From contig NC_043010.1 of assembly GCF_006345805.1 (NCBI RefSeq), positions 64,170,001-64,234,000 on the forward strand: a DNA stretch of 64,000 nucleotides, read 5' to 3'. Within the stretch, counting starts at the first letter, position 1; every line of letters starts with the position of its first letter. The DNA is from Octopus sinensis (lineage: Eukaryota). The notes below the pieces were generated by a model. It was not told the origin of the DNA, ran no database searches, and was given only the letters and a program-made list of their open reading frames with translations. The translations under genes and the position numbers were made by a program. This document shows, piece by piece, positions 12,662-25,672 of the stretch.

Positions 12662-12825
12662 ACTGGGGTGGCTATGTGGTAAGAAGATTGCTTCCCAACC
12701 ACATGGTTCCGGGTTCAGTTCCACTGCGTGGCAACTCGAGCAATTGTCTTCAACTATTGCCATGGGCCGACTAAAGCCTTATGAATGGATTTGGTAAGCG
12801 GAAACTGAAAGAAGCCAGGCGTATG
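12662..12825 (+). mobile_element. Short tRNA-derived SINE, second family
   Basis: Degenerate A/B boxes; ends cggaaactgaaagaagcc before a microsatellite; minus-strand homolog at 41786-41950. Confidence 0.7.
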
Positions 12826-12827
12826 TA

Positions 12828-12898
<71 letters not shown>

Positions 12899-13035
12899 AT
12901 AAAAGTTATACACTGAGGGAAAGCTACTAAGTGGTTTTCCATCACGCTAGAAATTCGAATAAATCCTAAACTACGAAAAAGCTATTCTTATTTTGGCACG
13001 TTGAATGTAAGCGAGAATTCAAAAAATGATTAGTC

Positions 13036-13134
13036 ATTCCCGTATTCCTAAGTTTCGCCCTTAACGATTAAATGCACTAATTAAATAATTAATCAGTCAA
13101 TGCATTAAACCGTCTATGGCTCATCAGCGAGAAT
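13036..13134 (-). ncRNA. Type I hammerhead ribozyme motif with long helix II, inside a PLE-like repeat
   Basis: Minus strand: AUUCUCG-CUGAUGA-GCC..GGC-GAAA-cuuaggaa-UA/CGGGAAU; 7-bp helix I, G10.1-C11.1 pair present, helix III has a mismatch. Confidence 0.6.
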
Positions 13135-13246
13135 CGCTATTGACATATAAATACAAGACCTCGAATACATACAGCATCAAACAAGACTCACTGCATATTG
13201 AATTTTCATCTTTATATATCGAGGAATTTAGTTTAAAAGTCCCACA

Positions 13247-13443
13247 AACAGTGCGCCAAATTCTAGAGTAAAATCAGCCGTGAATTAACATTCAGCAGTA
13301 GATTTACCCAACTCTTAGAACTAAAATATAAAAAAAAAATTAAATATTTAAAAATTGTAAATATTTTAATTCTAAGAGTCGGATAAATCTACCCTCTGGA
13401 TGTTAATTCACTGCTGGTTTTACTCTAGATTTTGGTGTGCTGT
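13247..13443. repeat. Foldback / MITE-like imperfect inverted repeat, ~80-bp arms around an AT spacer
   Basis: ccaaattctagagtaaaatcagccgtgaattaacattc matches the reverse complement of ggatgttaattcactgctggttttactctagattttgg. Confidence 0.85.
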
Positions 13444-13444
13444 T

Positions 13445-13565
13445 CGATAGGATAAGTACTAGGCTTTAAAAAAAGTCATGGGGTCAATTTGTTCGACTAA
13501 AACCCTACAAGGCGGTGCTGCAGCATGGCCGCAGTCAAATGAGCGAAACAAGTAAAAGAATAAAG
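13445..13565 (+). mobile_element. 3' part of a SINE whose tail resembles the CR1-like LINE tails
   Basis: aaggcggtgctgcagcatggccgcagtcaaatgagcgaaacaagtaaaaga versus LINE tail ggcggtgccccagcatggccacagc. Confidence 0.6.
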
Positions 13566-14189
13566 TTAAAGAAAATCAAAACAAAAAACACCTTTTTTTC
13601 TTTCGCACGAGTGTTGAGGTACCTAATGCGAAACTTCTCTGAAATTTCAAGTGTGTTACTGTAAGGTACCACTTATCTAAGAACACTGTAACACGGTTTT
13701 TATCCTTGAGCAGCAACTGTTATTTCCAATTTGCTTACTTCTAGAATGTATGATCAATGGCTAATACTTCCTTCAAACTTTGTTTTTGTCACATTTATTC
13801 AAACGCAAAAAAAAAAAAAATCCCTCTCAACTTATGACTATGACACTCCTTCACTACTGCTCATGATCAGAGATACGCATATTGTCAACCACTAAGGGAC
13901 ATACTCTAGTGGTTAATGTCAAGCAACTGACAAGCAAATCTGCAGTATAGAATAGAATATTTGCTATAACAATAATTCTGCTTCAGTAACTCAGCGCTGA
14001 ATCTACCTGAGATGTAAGGGAAAATAGGTCAATTTTAAAACACTGATGCCTAGGTCACAAAAGCAAAGTTTGAAGACAATAGTAGTACTTTCCTTTGATT
14101 TCTAGATAAAAGCAAATAAGAAATAACCCAAGACAAAAAATAAAAAATAAATTGTTATTCTGTGTAATTTGTGTGTGTTCCAATTGCAG

Positions 14190-14327
14190 TTCCCAAAATC
14201 GATGGTACAGATTTCAAATGCGCTTTTGATTCAAATTTAGTAAAATGTAAAGGAAGCGCGTTCATGAAATACCTCAACATTAGCAGTGATACAGGTAACC
14301 TCTGTGTCTCCAGGGTCGAACTTGAAG
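14190..14327 (+). CDS. Host gene exon C: second half of the galactose-binding-like domain
   Basis: ttgcAG acceptor, GTAAGA donor, 138 bp, phase 1-1; ends GNLCVSRVELEG, resembling the LCEVEVYG end of FTP-type domains. Confidence 0.75.
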
Positions 14328-15029
14328 GTAAGAGTTCACGTTTGTTGAAGTATTGTCACATTGTTACATCATGTCTATATAAGTAACATATACTTGTTAC
14401 TGTTGTTGTTGCGGTCAGTTATGGTTGATCAGATCTATAAATGAAAGGCATTCCAGTCATGGTCATACTACATTTTTGTATATTTTGTTTATTTACTTTT
14501 AAATTAACTGTGTCCTGCCGATTTTAAAGACAGTAATGTGATATTGAGGATATGGGGATTTGGGCTGCTTTTTGTAGTAGATCAAGCAACTAGAGACTCC
14601 GACGATGGCACGTAAATAGCTAAACGGTTCTGTGTTTACAATATAATGTTATATAATGTGTGACCACTACTGAGTTGCAGTGTGATTTTGTCACCAATAT
14701 AGGGTTACATAAAATTTGTATCCCCCGGTACGTGGTAATATATATTCTGTGCACCCTACACAAAAGTTACAAATATATCTAGTAAAGAAAAATAGGAAAT
14801 CTTTTGTTTTTTTTCTTATAAGTTGTAGTTGTAATGTATTTGTATAAATATATAAAGTTTATCTTGATATTTTAAAATCTTAGCCGTATATTAACACTCA
14901 AAAGCACTCAAACTTTCACCCTCACACAAGTTTTTATCTACGTTTCATGACCATTGACAAAATAAATTCCACACGCACACACACAAACATTTCTCCCAAA
15001 ACATGTCAAACATACACAAAAAAACAATC

Positions 15030-17190
15030 TCTAGGATTCATCCCTCAATGTTCTATAAGACACTGCCAAGGCAACCCTCGTGACAACACTGCGTCGCAAC
15101 TCCGACTGGTTTGACGAATATGTCCACGATGTTGTTCTAGCCAACCCGAACTCTGCAACCTTGCGCGAAAAATAGAAGGATGCTCGTGCCACGCATATTA
15201 TGTCATCAGAAATGTTCAAACAGTTGGTGACTTCGAAAGGCAGAAGAAATCCAACGTTTTGCAGGCGATAGCAAAACATGAATTCAACAACTGGATTAAG
15301 AGAAGAGAATCTTCAGCCTATGCAAAAAGGTGATTGCTCCTGTGAGATCGTCCAATGGTACCTTACTGAAAACAAAAGTGCGATACAGTGGGGCCGAATA
15401 TTTTCAAGAACTTCTGAATCGGGTCAACCCCCACCGACCCCACGGCACTTGGAGAGATTCCAGATCTTCTTATTCTGATGGAGTTTGACAAGCCCGCTAA
15501 CATTTGATGAGGTCCAACAGGTCATCTGCGGTCTCAAAAACAAGAAGTCACCCGGCGACTTGGGGATCCCAAGTGAGATTTACAAGCATGGCGGGCCTCA
15601 CTTTACACCCCATCTTCAGTCCTTGTTTCTCCTCTGTTGGCAAGGAGGAATTATATTTGACAAGTGAAAGCATCCCAATATTGTCAATCTACATGCACAA
15701 GGGAGACCATGCAGAGTGCAGCAATAACAGAGGAATCTTTCTTCTGGATAGCGCCGGCAAAATTCTCTCACGTATTCTTCGACATCTCATGTTGTCAATC
15801 TGGGTATGCTTGCGTTACAGAGTGGATTTCGACCAGAAAGAAGCACCTCTGATATGAAATTTGTGACTTGTTTTCTTGGAAAATGTGAACAGCAGAGAAA
15901 CAAATGTTCGGCTTTCATCGAGCTAACAAAGGCATTTGACATGGTCAATCATCCTATGTTGTGGTACCTACTTCGATCGTCCAGAAGTCTCATGATGGTA
16001 TGTAAGGGAGAGTCATACTCGGCAGTGAAATCTCAGAACGTTTTGTTGTCCAGATGGGGATGGGGTAAAATAAGGTTGCGTCCCTGTCCTTAACATTTAC
16101 CTGTTGGCTGTAACTCTTCTTTCTGGGAGACAGTTTACCGAAAGACGAAATTCATATCAGGTACCGTTACGATTGCAGTATCTTTAACTCTTGCTTCCTG
16201 AAAGCCACGTTAAAAATCCTCTCAACCACGTTCTACGAGATTCAGTATGCTGGCGATTCAGCTGCACCATCTCATGTTTTCACCTTTCTTCAACACATGA
16301 TGAACTAAATAAACTGTGCCTACTCTCGGCTCGGTCTTCAAGTCAACCATAAAAAAGACTGAAGATCTCCAATCAGCCTTCCTGTACTCACCTCCCACTC
16401 TGCCAGTTCCTATTGATGATGTTCTTCTGCCTCATGGGAGCACGATCAATAACATTGAACTCCTTGATGAGGAACAACTTAGCCTCTGCATCTTTCGGGA
16501 GACTCAGCAAATTTGTCTTCCAGAACAAGAACCTTTGGAGTAAGTTCAAAAATCTCCGTTTATCGAGCTGCCTATGTATCCACTCTCCTGCATGGGTCTA
16601 ATTGCTGGACCCCTTATCGGCGCCAAATCAGAAAACTGGAAAAGCCCCCTGACACATCACTCCAAAGTTTACTTGATCTCGAGTGGAAGGACGAAGTGCT
16701 TCATACCAAAATCTTCTTGAGGACTTCAGTCTACAGCTTGAGGCCTACATCCTTCGTCGCTTTCTCCGCTAGATTGTCCCAGCGATTCGGATGCCGAGTG
16801 ACCGGTTCCTAAAGATAGTTCCCTTCAGGAAATAGGGTAAATGAATACCCAAACCTTCGTTTTCATGATATTTTGATGTGGTCTCTCATTTTATGCGGCG
16901 TCCCTCCACTCGGTTGGAGCTCCTGACTATCCATCAGGAGGCATAGAGGTCCGTGTGTGATGCCGAAGTAGAACGCTTTGAAACCAAATGCAGGAGACTG
17001 CACAAAGATAGGGGAGACGTCGTCGTAACCCCTGCAGCTGTTATTTGGAGTCACTTTGAGGGACTCCAGTGCTACAGGATCTGCCTATCTCGTATCTATC
17101 TTGTTAGCCACGTCCGCGCCCATGGGAAACAATGTTCTAGATGCGGAGGAAGATGATTATCGCTGTCATCATCATTGATGGGCTGTCATA
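15030..17190 (+). mobile_element. Degraded RTE-BovB-like LINE
   Basis: DWFDE, KKSPG..GIPSEIYKHGG, NNRGIFLLDSAGKILSRI, QSGFRPERST, LTKAFD.V, TLLHGS.CWT.YRRQIRKLE, terminal C..ICLSRI.LVSH.RAH; many frameshifts. Confidence 0.85.
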
Positions 17191-17199
17191 AACAAAGTA

Positions 17200-17363
<164 letters not shown>

Positions 17364-17821
17364 ATTAAAGAAATTGGAGTCAAGAAGAAGGAGTATGTTT
17401 GGACATTTATTTTTTTTCGCTACAATTGTTTTGATGCAATGCAGTTTTCAAAGAATACAGGTATTTGATTATGCAACTGTGTTTGAATAACGAGATCTAG
17501 TTGTGTTTCCACAGGTGATATACGGAGTGCTCCCTTCGTTAGTTTAAAATCGTCGATTTCAAGGCCATTTTCTCTGTTGATCGTGGTTTGAATTCGTTAG
17601 TAGCTTGTAGACACAGTACGTGCCGCGAGAGCACGTTTCTCTCTCTTTCTCTCTGTCCCTCTCTTTATGAGTTAGAGGTTATGCAATCGTCTAAGGGATA
17701 AATGTATCCGAAGTCACTACTGGTGTATTGCATCATTATGTATAGGCTTTGCTATAAGGTTAACAGTAGTTGGTAATTTAAATGATAAATCGTGGTTTAT
17801 ATGTATGTATGTGTGTGGTTT

Positions 17822-17825
<4 letters not shown>

Positions 17826-17855
<30 letters not shown>

Positions 17856-17889
17856 ACAACCACACACATACATACATATAAACCATGGT

Positions 17890-17943
<54 letters not shown>

Positions 17944-17955
17944 ATATTATATATG

Positions 17956-18008
<53 letters not shown>

Positions 18009-18079
18009 GTATATATATATATATGTATATATATGTATATATGTATATATATGTATATATGTATATATATGTATATATG

Positions 18080-18133
<54 letters not shown>

Positions 18134-18175
18134 GTATATATATATGTATATATATATATGTATATATTATATGTA
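17826..18175. repeat. (TA)n/(TATG)n microsatellite
   Basis: Directly visible. Confidence 0.97.
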
Positions 18176-19196
18176 TAATGCGCTTGGCTTAGATTTCCCT
18201 TGGGGGCTGCCCAGATCGGAGCAATCTCAAGATTAATCAGCCGAAATTGCGAAGATGATCCGGTTCTTGACTGATGACTGAGAGCTTCGAAAGTCCCGTC
18301 CGTGTTTTTTTTTGTGTCGTCTTCTAAATGTTTCACGTTCTTGTCCCAGTTTGTGTATTTTTACTTTTACATATATACATGGCGGCTACGTACCCACTTT
18401 TTGACCCTATACGTAAGTATATTACTCTCTAACATTGGTACGAGACTCTACTACACTGTCTCTTTTTCCCCCCTCTCCTACATTTCTCAGCCTTCACCCT
18501 TTGCACTCCTCTTGATCTGTCTCTTTCCCACTCTTTCTTCTCCTTCCTTGTTCCCCTTCTTTCTTTCTCTCTACCTCCGCCCCCCCTCTCCCACATTTCT
18601 CTGCCTCTCACACCTTACACCCCGCTTGACCTCTCTTTCTTCTCCTCCCTTGTTCCCCTTCTTTCTCTCTTCATTTGTCCCTTTCTCCTCTCTTTTGTGC
18701 TCACGTGACCAGCCAGCGACTACTGCCTTTTCGCATCCAGTAGTCAGTGTGGCAACACCTATTTGTTTGTGCTCCGTTGCCTTAAGGCACTTTTCTTTAG
18801 CCAGCCTTATACTAAACTTAACTCGTCCTGTCGAAAAGACGCTTGTCCCGACGTCCTGGTTTTGTTATTATTGTTTTTACGTATTTTGTATTCTTATTCG
18901 TGCTATCATTATTGTTTTTACGTATTTCGTATTTTTATTTGTGTAACATCGTCCGTTTTCCGTCCCTGTGTTGTATACTTTCGAGACTTTCTTCCAAGGA
19001 ATCTAATGCGCTTGGCTTAGATTTCCCTTGGGGGCTGCCCAGATCGGAGCAATCTCAAGATTAATCAGCCGAAATTGCGAAGATGATCCGGTTCTTGACT
19101 GATGACTGAGAGCTTCGAAAGTCCCGTCCGTGTTTTTTTGAGTCGTCTTCTAAATGTTTCACGTTCTTGTCCCAGTTTGTGTATTTTTACTTTTAT
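18176..19196 (+). mobile_element. Non-coding PLE-like element: ~190-bp direct terminal repeats (18176-~18368, 19004-~19196) around a CT-rich interior
   Basis: Two nearly identical copies of taatgcgcttggcttagatt..gtttgtgtatttttac, 828 bp apart; homologs at ~32670-33010 and 62490-63385 on the minus strand. Confidence 0.75.
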
Positions 19197-19330
19197 ATAT
19201 ATATGTATATATATATGTATGTATATATATATAATATATATATGTATATATATATGTATCTATATGTATATATATGTATATATATGTATATATATATATA
19301 TATGTATATGTATATATATATATATGTATA

Positions 19331-19411
<81 letters not shown>

Positions 19412-19480
19412 TATGTATATATATGTATATATATGTATGTATATATGTTATGTATATATATATGTATGAATATATATATG

Positions 19481-19548
<68 letters not shown>

Positions 19549-19629
19549 CATACATACATACATACATACATACATACATACATACATACATACATACACA
19601 CACACACATATCATCAATTTTAATCAATA

Positions 19630-20100
19630 TCTATAAAGCTGAAATGCGAAAAATTTGCTTAATTTCTTGGTTGTTTGTCTCATTTTGGGATGAGAACGAT
19701 TTAAGGGTAGGTAGATAGGGTCAGGTTGACGCCAACATTTACAGGGACATATAAAAAGAGGTGAGGAATCGACTGGGCTAGGTTAGAAACCCCTATCTCA
19801 AAAGCTGTGGTTACTAGGGCAACAAAACTCGGACTTTGACAAGTGTTTGTCGTTTCTCTCTTTCGGATATCACCCTGTCTTCCTCGATCTCTCTCTGTCC
19901 TTCCTTCCCTCCACTTCTTCTCTATAACGACGTTTGACAGCTTCCACTGTCATTCCCTCTCCGCCTTCGCCGTTTCTCTGTCACTCTCTCCCACCACCTC
20001 TCCCTCTGGACGTCTGTCTGTATCTATAGAGAGAAAGCGTTGACAGCCGCGAAAGTTTAAATATTCCCGCCACAGGTCTTTTAGAACGGTGAATTATTAT
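19630..20100 (+). mobile_element. Probable non-autonomous Helitron-like repeat
   Basis: Starts tctataaagctgaaatg; similar to a minus-strand segment ending ttttatatataga near 41340-41456. Confidence 0.4.
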
Positions 20101-20166
20101 CGCCCACCACCACAGCACAATCATGATAACAGATATTATTAATCAGATATTTATTGTGTTAATTTA

Positions 20167-20169
<3 letters not shown>

Positions 20170-20247
<78 letters not shown>

Positions 20248-20295
20248 ATATGTATATATTATTGGCTAAACTGGCAAAATGACCATTCCGAAAAT

Positions 20296-20344
<49 letters not shown>

Positions 20345-20347
20345 ATC

Positions 20348-20382
<35 letters not shown>

Positions 20383-20405
20383 ATTTTATATTATATATAT
20401 ATATT

Positions 20406-20437
<32 letters not shown>

Positions 20438-20458
20438 ATATAATTATATATATAATAT

Positions 20459-20535
<77 letters not shown>

Positions 20536-20665
20536 TTATATATATATATATTTATATATATATATTTATATATATATATTTATATATATATTTATATCTA
20601 TATATATATATATATATATATTATATAATATATATATTATATTATATTATATATATTTATATATA

Positions 20666-20728
<63 letters not shown>

Positions 20729-20806
20729 TTATATATATATATTTATTATATATATATATATTTATAATATATATATTTATATAATATATATTTATATATA
20801 TATATT

Positions 20807-20838
<32 letters not shown>

Positions 20839-20892
20839 TATTATATATATATTTATATATATATATATATAAATATATATGTATCTAAATAT

Positions 20893-20926
<34 letters not shown>

Positions 20927-20939
20927 ATATATATATATA

Positions 20940-20993
<54 letters not shown>

Positions 20994-21045
20994 ATATATA
21001 AATATATAAATATATATATATATATATAAATATATATATATATAT
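20170..21045. repeat. Long degenerate (TA)n array
   Basis: Directly visible. Confidence 0.97.
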
Positions 21046-24000
21046 TTCATCAAACCCAAGTCCGCAGGTGGGACTACCCACTATATACCAGACCACCACA
21101 GCAAACAGACCCAGGATGGACACCGCCGGCAACAACGTACACCTCACCTCGATGCTCCTACTGAACATCAGAGGACTGCAAACACTCAGTAACAGGACAA
21201 AGATCCCGTTCCTGAGAGACTTTGTTGCATGCAATCAAGCCTTATGCATAGCACTTACGGAAACGCACCTGAAACCGGACATAGCAGATGCGGAGTTACA
21301 CACACCACAGTATGCTGTACTACGGACCGACAGGAAAGAAAGGAGTCATGGAGGTGTTGCTATGTACATCCGTGAGGACCTCACACCCCAGGTCCTCTTG
21401 TCATACTCAAACTCGGTGTGTGACACACTAATTGTACATATTAGGCAACTTGATGTAGTTGTGTGTGCTACATATCGCCCTCCAGATGCCCCAAGCCATG
21501 TGGGCAAGTTTGAAGACTGCCTTATAAAAATAGAAGTTCTAACCACATTAGAACAACACATAAGTGTACTTCTTATGGGAGACTTCAATCTGCCCAATGT
21601 CAGATGGCCCGAGGGCCTTTCTCTCCCAGGAATGACAAGATGTGAACGAGGACAGGCGAGGTCCCTCCTGAACCTCATCAACACCCTGTACATGGAGCAG
21701 GTAATACTCCAACCAACCAGGGCAAGTAACACACTGGATCTCTGCTTCACAAATGACATGGATCTCATCCATAATGTGAAAGTGACACCGACACTACTCT
21801 CGGATCACAACATGATAGAGCTGACCATGTACGGGCCAAAAGAGAGCACGGACATGCAGCCTACAAGAAACCCTCAGAATCTTTCCAGCTTAAACTACCA
21901 TAAGGCAAACTGGAAACAAATTGAGAAAGAGATCCTCAAACAAAACTGGCCTAAATGTCTCTCCTCGCCAGACATCGACGTGAAACTTCAACAATTCATG
22001 TCTGTAATGCAAGCCATATGCTACAAATGTGTCCCAGAGAGAAAGGCCACTGTACACAAGAACAAAATCCCCAGAGAGAGGAAAATTTTAATGAAACGGC
22101 GTACAAAATTTTCAAATCGCCTAAACAAACAGATTGAAAGCAGTGAAAAATCCCACCTAAAAATAAAACTGTTGGAAATCGAAAAATGTCTGCAACTCTC
22201 CCATGAAAAAGAAAAAGCAGACAAAGAAGCCTGGGCTATAGACAACATAAAATCTAACCCCAGAGCTTTCTACAGGTATGCCAAAGAAACAGCTACGGTG
22301 CACTGTAGAATAGGGCCACTCCTCGAAAAGGATGGCACACTTACAGGAAAACCAATGAGGGTAAGTGAAATACTGAATGAGCAATTCAAGAGTGTTTTCA
22401 CTCCACCCCTTGGGCATCTCCAAATCACCAATCCAACTGACTTTTTACCACTGCAGATATAAAATCAGAGGCGGCGACGATAGATTACATCGATATAAAG
22501 GAAGACGATGTAATCAAGGCTATAGATGAAATGAAAACAGACTCAGCTACTGGCCCCGATGGATTCCCGGCAATCCTCCTAAAAGCATGTAAGAGAGTCC
22601 TAGCAAGACCACTGCAGTTCCTCTTTCAGAGCTTCCTTGCAGCTGGCAAACTTCCAAGAAAACCGAAGGAAGGTAAAATATGCCCCATTCATAAAGGAGG
22701 TAGCAGAGCGGAAGCCAAGAACAACAGACCTATCTCTCTCACCTCACACATCAGCAAGGTCATGGAACGAATAGTCAGAAGGAAGCTGATCACCTTCCTT
22801 GAAGAGAATGACTTGCTGCCCGACACCCAACATGGTTTCCGACCAGGGAGAAGCTGTTTAACTCAGCTCCTAAACACTATGACTGGGTTGCTGAAACGGC
22901 TGCTCAACCACTCAAATGTGGAAGTCATATATCTCGACTTTGCAAACGCCTTTGATAAAGTCGATCATGGAATGATATGTCACAAACTGCGTGATCTCAA
23001 CATAGTTGGAAAACTGGGAGAATGGCTTCATGACTTTCTGAAAGATAGAAGTCAGGTGGTAGTAGCCAATGGGGGCCACTTCCATTAACACGCAAATAGT
23101 GAGCGGTGTTCCGCAGGGCACTCTTCTGGGACCACTACTGTTCATAATGGCCCTCTCAGACATGCCCTCAGCCACGCAGAGAGCACGATCACAAGTTATG
23201 CAGATGATACAAAAGTTTCACAGGCAATACAGAACCCTGAGGACACTAAACACCTGCAATGGGACTAGCTGGACAAAATATACAAGTGGGCCGAAAAGAA
23301 TAGCATGCAGTTCAATGCTGAAAAGTTTCAAGCTCTATACTATCAGCATGCAAAACTAAGTGTAATACCCAATGAATACACTGGACCCGGAGGAATAGCA
23401 ATCCCAGAGGCACAATCAGTGCGTGACCTAGGTATTTACATGAGTGATGACGCGACCTTTCGTGTACATGTTGCTAAATTGGCAATAAAATGTAGACGAC
23501 TGGCCGGATGGATCCTCAGAACCTTTAGAACAAGAGAACAAGAAACCATGATGGTCCTCTGGAGGACACTTGTCCTAGGCCACTTTGACTACTGCTCTCA
23601 GTTATGGTCACCATCCAGTGTCAAGTTGATCACAGAGCTCGAGGCGATCCAACGTAGCTACACGAAGAAGATAGCCTCTATGCAGAATGTAAGCTACTGG
23701 GAAAGACTCAAGAGAATTAAAACTATATTCCCTGGAGCGTAGGCGGGAAAGATATGCCATAATATACATCTGGAAGATCCTGGAGGGACGTGTCCTGAAC
23801 TTTGGCATCGAGAGTTACGCAAATGCCAGAACTGGGCGCCACTGCGTGGTGCCTAGGACTCCAAACTTGCCATCAAGATGTAGGACAAGATTCTGTGATA
23901 GCCTGGGCTTCCGAGGCCCACAGCTCTTCAAATCCTCCTGAAGAACCTGAGAGACCTGCATGGGGTGGATGCAGATGTCTTTAAAATGAAGCTGGATCTC

Positions 24001-24198
24001 TTCCTGTCAGGTGTCCCAGATGAACCAACTTCACGGCAGGAGGGGCAGATGAGGCAGCTGCATCGAACTCTCCATGCACCAAATGGCAGTTGCTAGAAAG
24101 CTTTCGTGAAGTGAAACCAAGTAGCAACACCAAATGGCGGTGCCCCAGCATGGCCACAGCTCATAGCTGAAAACTAGAATCCAATCAATCAATCAATC
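21046..24198 (+). mobile_element. CR1-group LINE copy 1, 5'-truncated, ORF2 (APE + RT) broken, (AATC)n tail
   Basis: LLNIRGL, LTETHL, GGVAMY, MGDFNLP, LDLCF, SDH, KAFDKVDHG, GVPQG, SYWERLK; frameshifts near 21530, 22450, 22870, 23080, 23260 and 23710. Confidence 0.93.
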
Positions 24199-24220
24199 AT
24201 ATATATATTATTATATATAT

Positions 24221-24269
<49 letters not shown>

Positions 24270-24303
24270 GTATATATGTATATATGTATATATATGATAT
24301 ATG

Positions 24304-24348
<45 letters not shown>

Positions 24349-24463
24349 GTATATATATATATATGTATATATATGTATATATGTATATGTATATATATGT
24401 ATGTATATATATATATGTATATATATATATGTATATATATATATATGTATATATATATGTATG

Positions 24464-24496
<33 letters not shown>

Positions 24497-24514
24497 GTAT
24501 ATAATATATATATG

Positions 24515-24597
<83 letters not shown>

Positions 24598-24657
24598 GTA
24601 TATATATATATGTATATATATATGTATATATACATATATGTGTATATATAATATATG

Positions 24658-24688
<31 letters not shown>

Positions 24689-24818
24689 GTATATGTATAT
24701 ATGTATATGTATATATATATGTATATGTATATATATATATGTATATATAATATATGTATATATATATATGTATATGTATATATGTATGTATATGTATATA
24801 TATATATGTATATATATC

Positions 24819-24866
<48 letters not shown>

Positions 24867-24908
24867 GTATATATATATATATGTATGTGTATATATAATA
24901 TATATATG

Positions 24909-24939
<31 letters not shown>

Positions 24940-25128
24940 GAATATATATTATAGTATAGTATATATACATATATGTGTTATATATATATATAGTATATAT
25001 ATATATATATGTTTTATATATATGTATATATATGTATATGTATATATATATGTATATGTATATATATATATATGTATATTATATATATATATATGTATAT
25101 ATATGTTATATATATATGTATATGTTAT

Positions 25129-25160
<32 letters not shown>

Positions 25161-25348
25161 GTATATGTATATATATATTATATGTATATGTATATATATA
25201 TATATGTATATATATATATGTATATGTATATAATATATGTATATTATATATAATATATGATATATATGTATAGTATATGTATATAGAATATGTTATGTAT
25301 ATATATATATATGTATATGTATATATATATATGTATATAATATATACG

Positions 25349-25380
<32 letters not shown>

Positions 25381-25397
25381 GTATATATATATATACG

Positions 25398-25428
<31 letters not shown>

Positions 25429-25562
25429 GTATATATATATATGTATATATATATATAGTATATATATATATGTGTATATATATATATGTGATATATATAT
25501 ATGTATGTAATTATATATATATATATATATATTATATATATGTGTATATATATATACATATG

Positions 25563-25659
<97 letters not shown>

Positions 25660-25672
25660 ATATATATGTATA
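24199..25672. repeat. ~1.47-kb (TA)n/(TATG)n array between two LINEs
   Basis: Directly visible. Confidence 0.97.

Noticed and set aside
18265-18305. Canonical hammerhead in the 18176 / 32670 / 62490 family
   Set aside because: CUGANGA is present, but helices I and III do not close and most copies read GAAU; kept only as a weak hint in the family finding.
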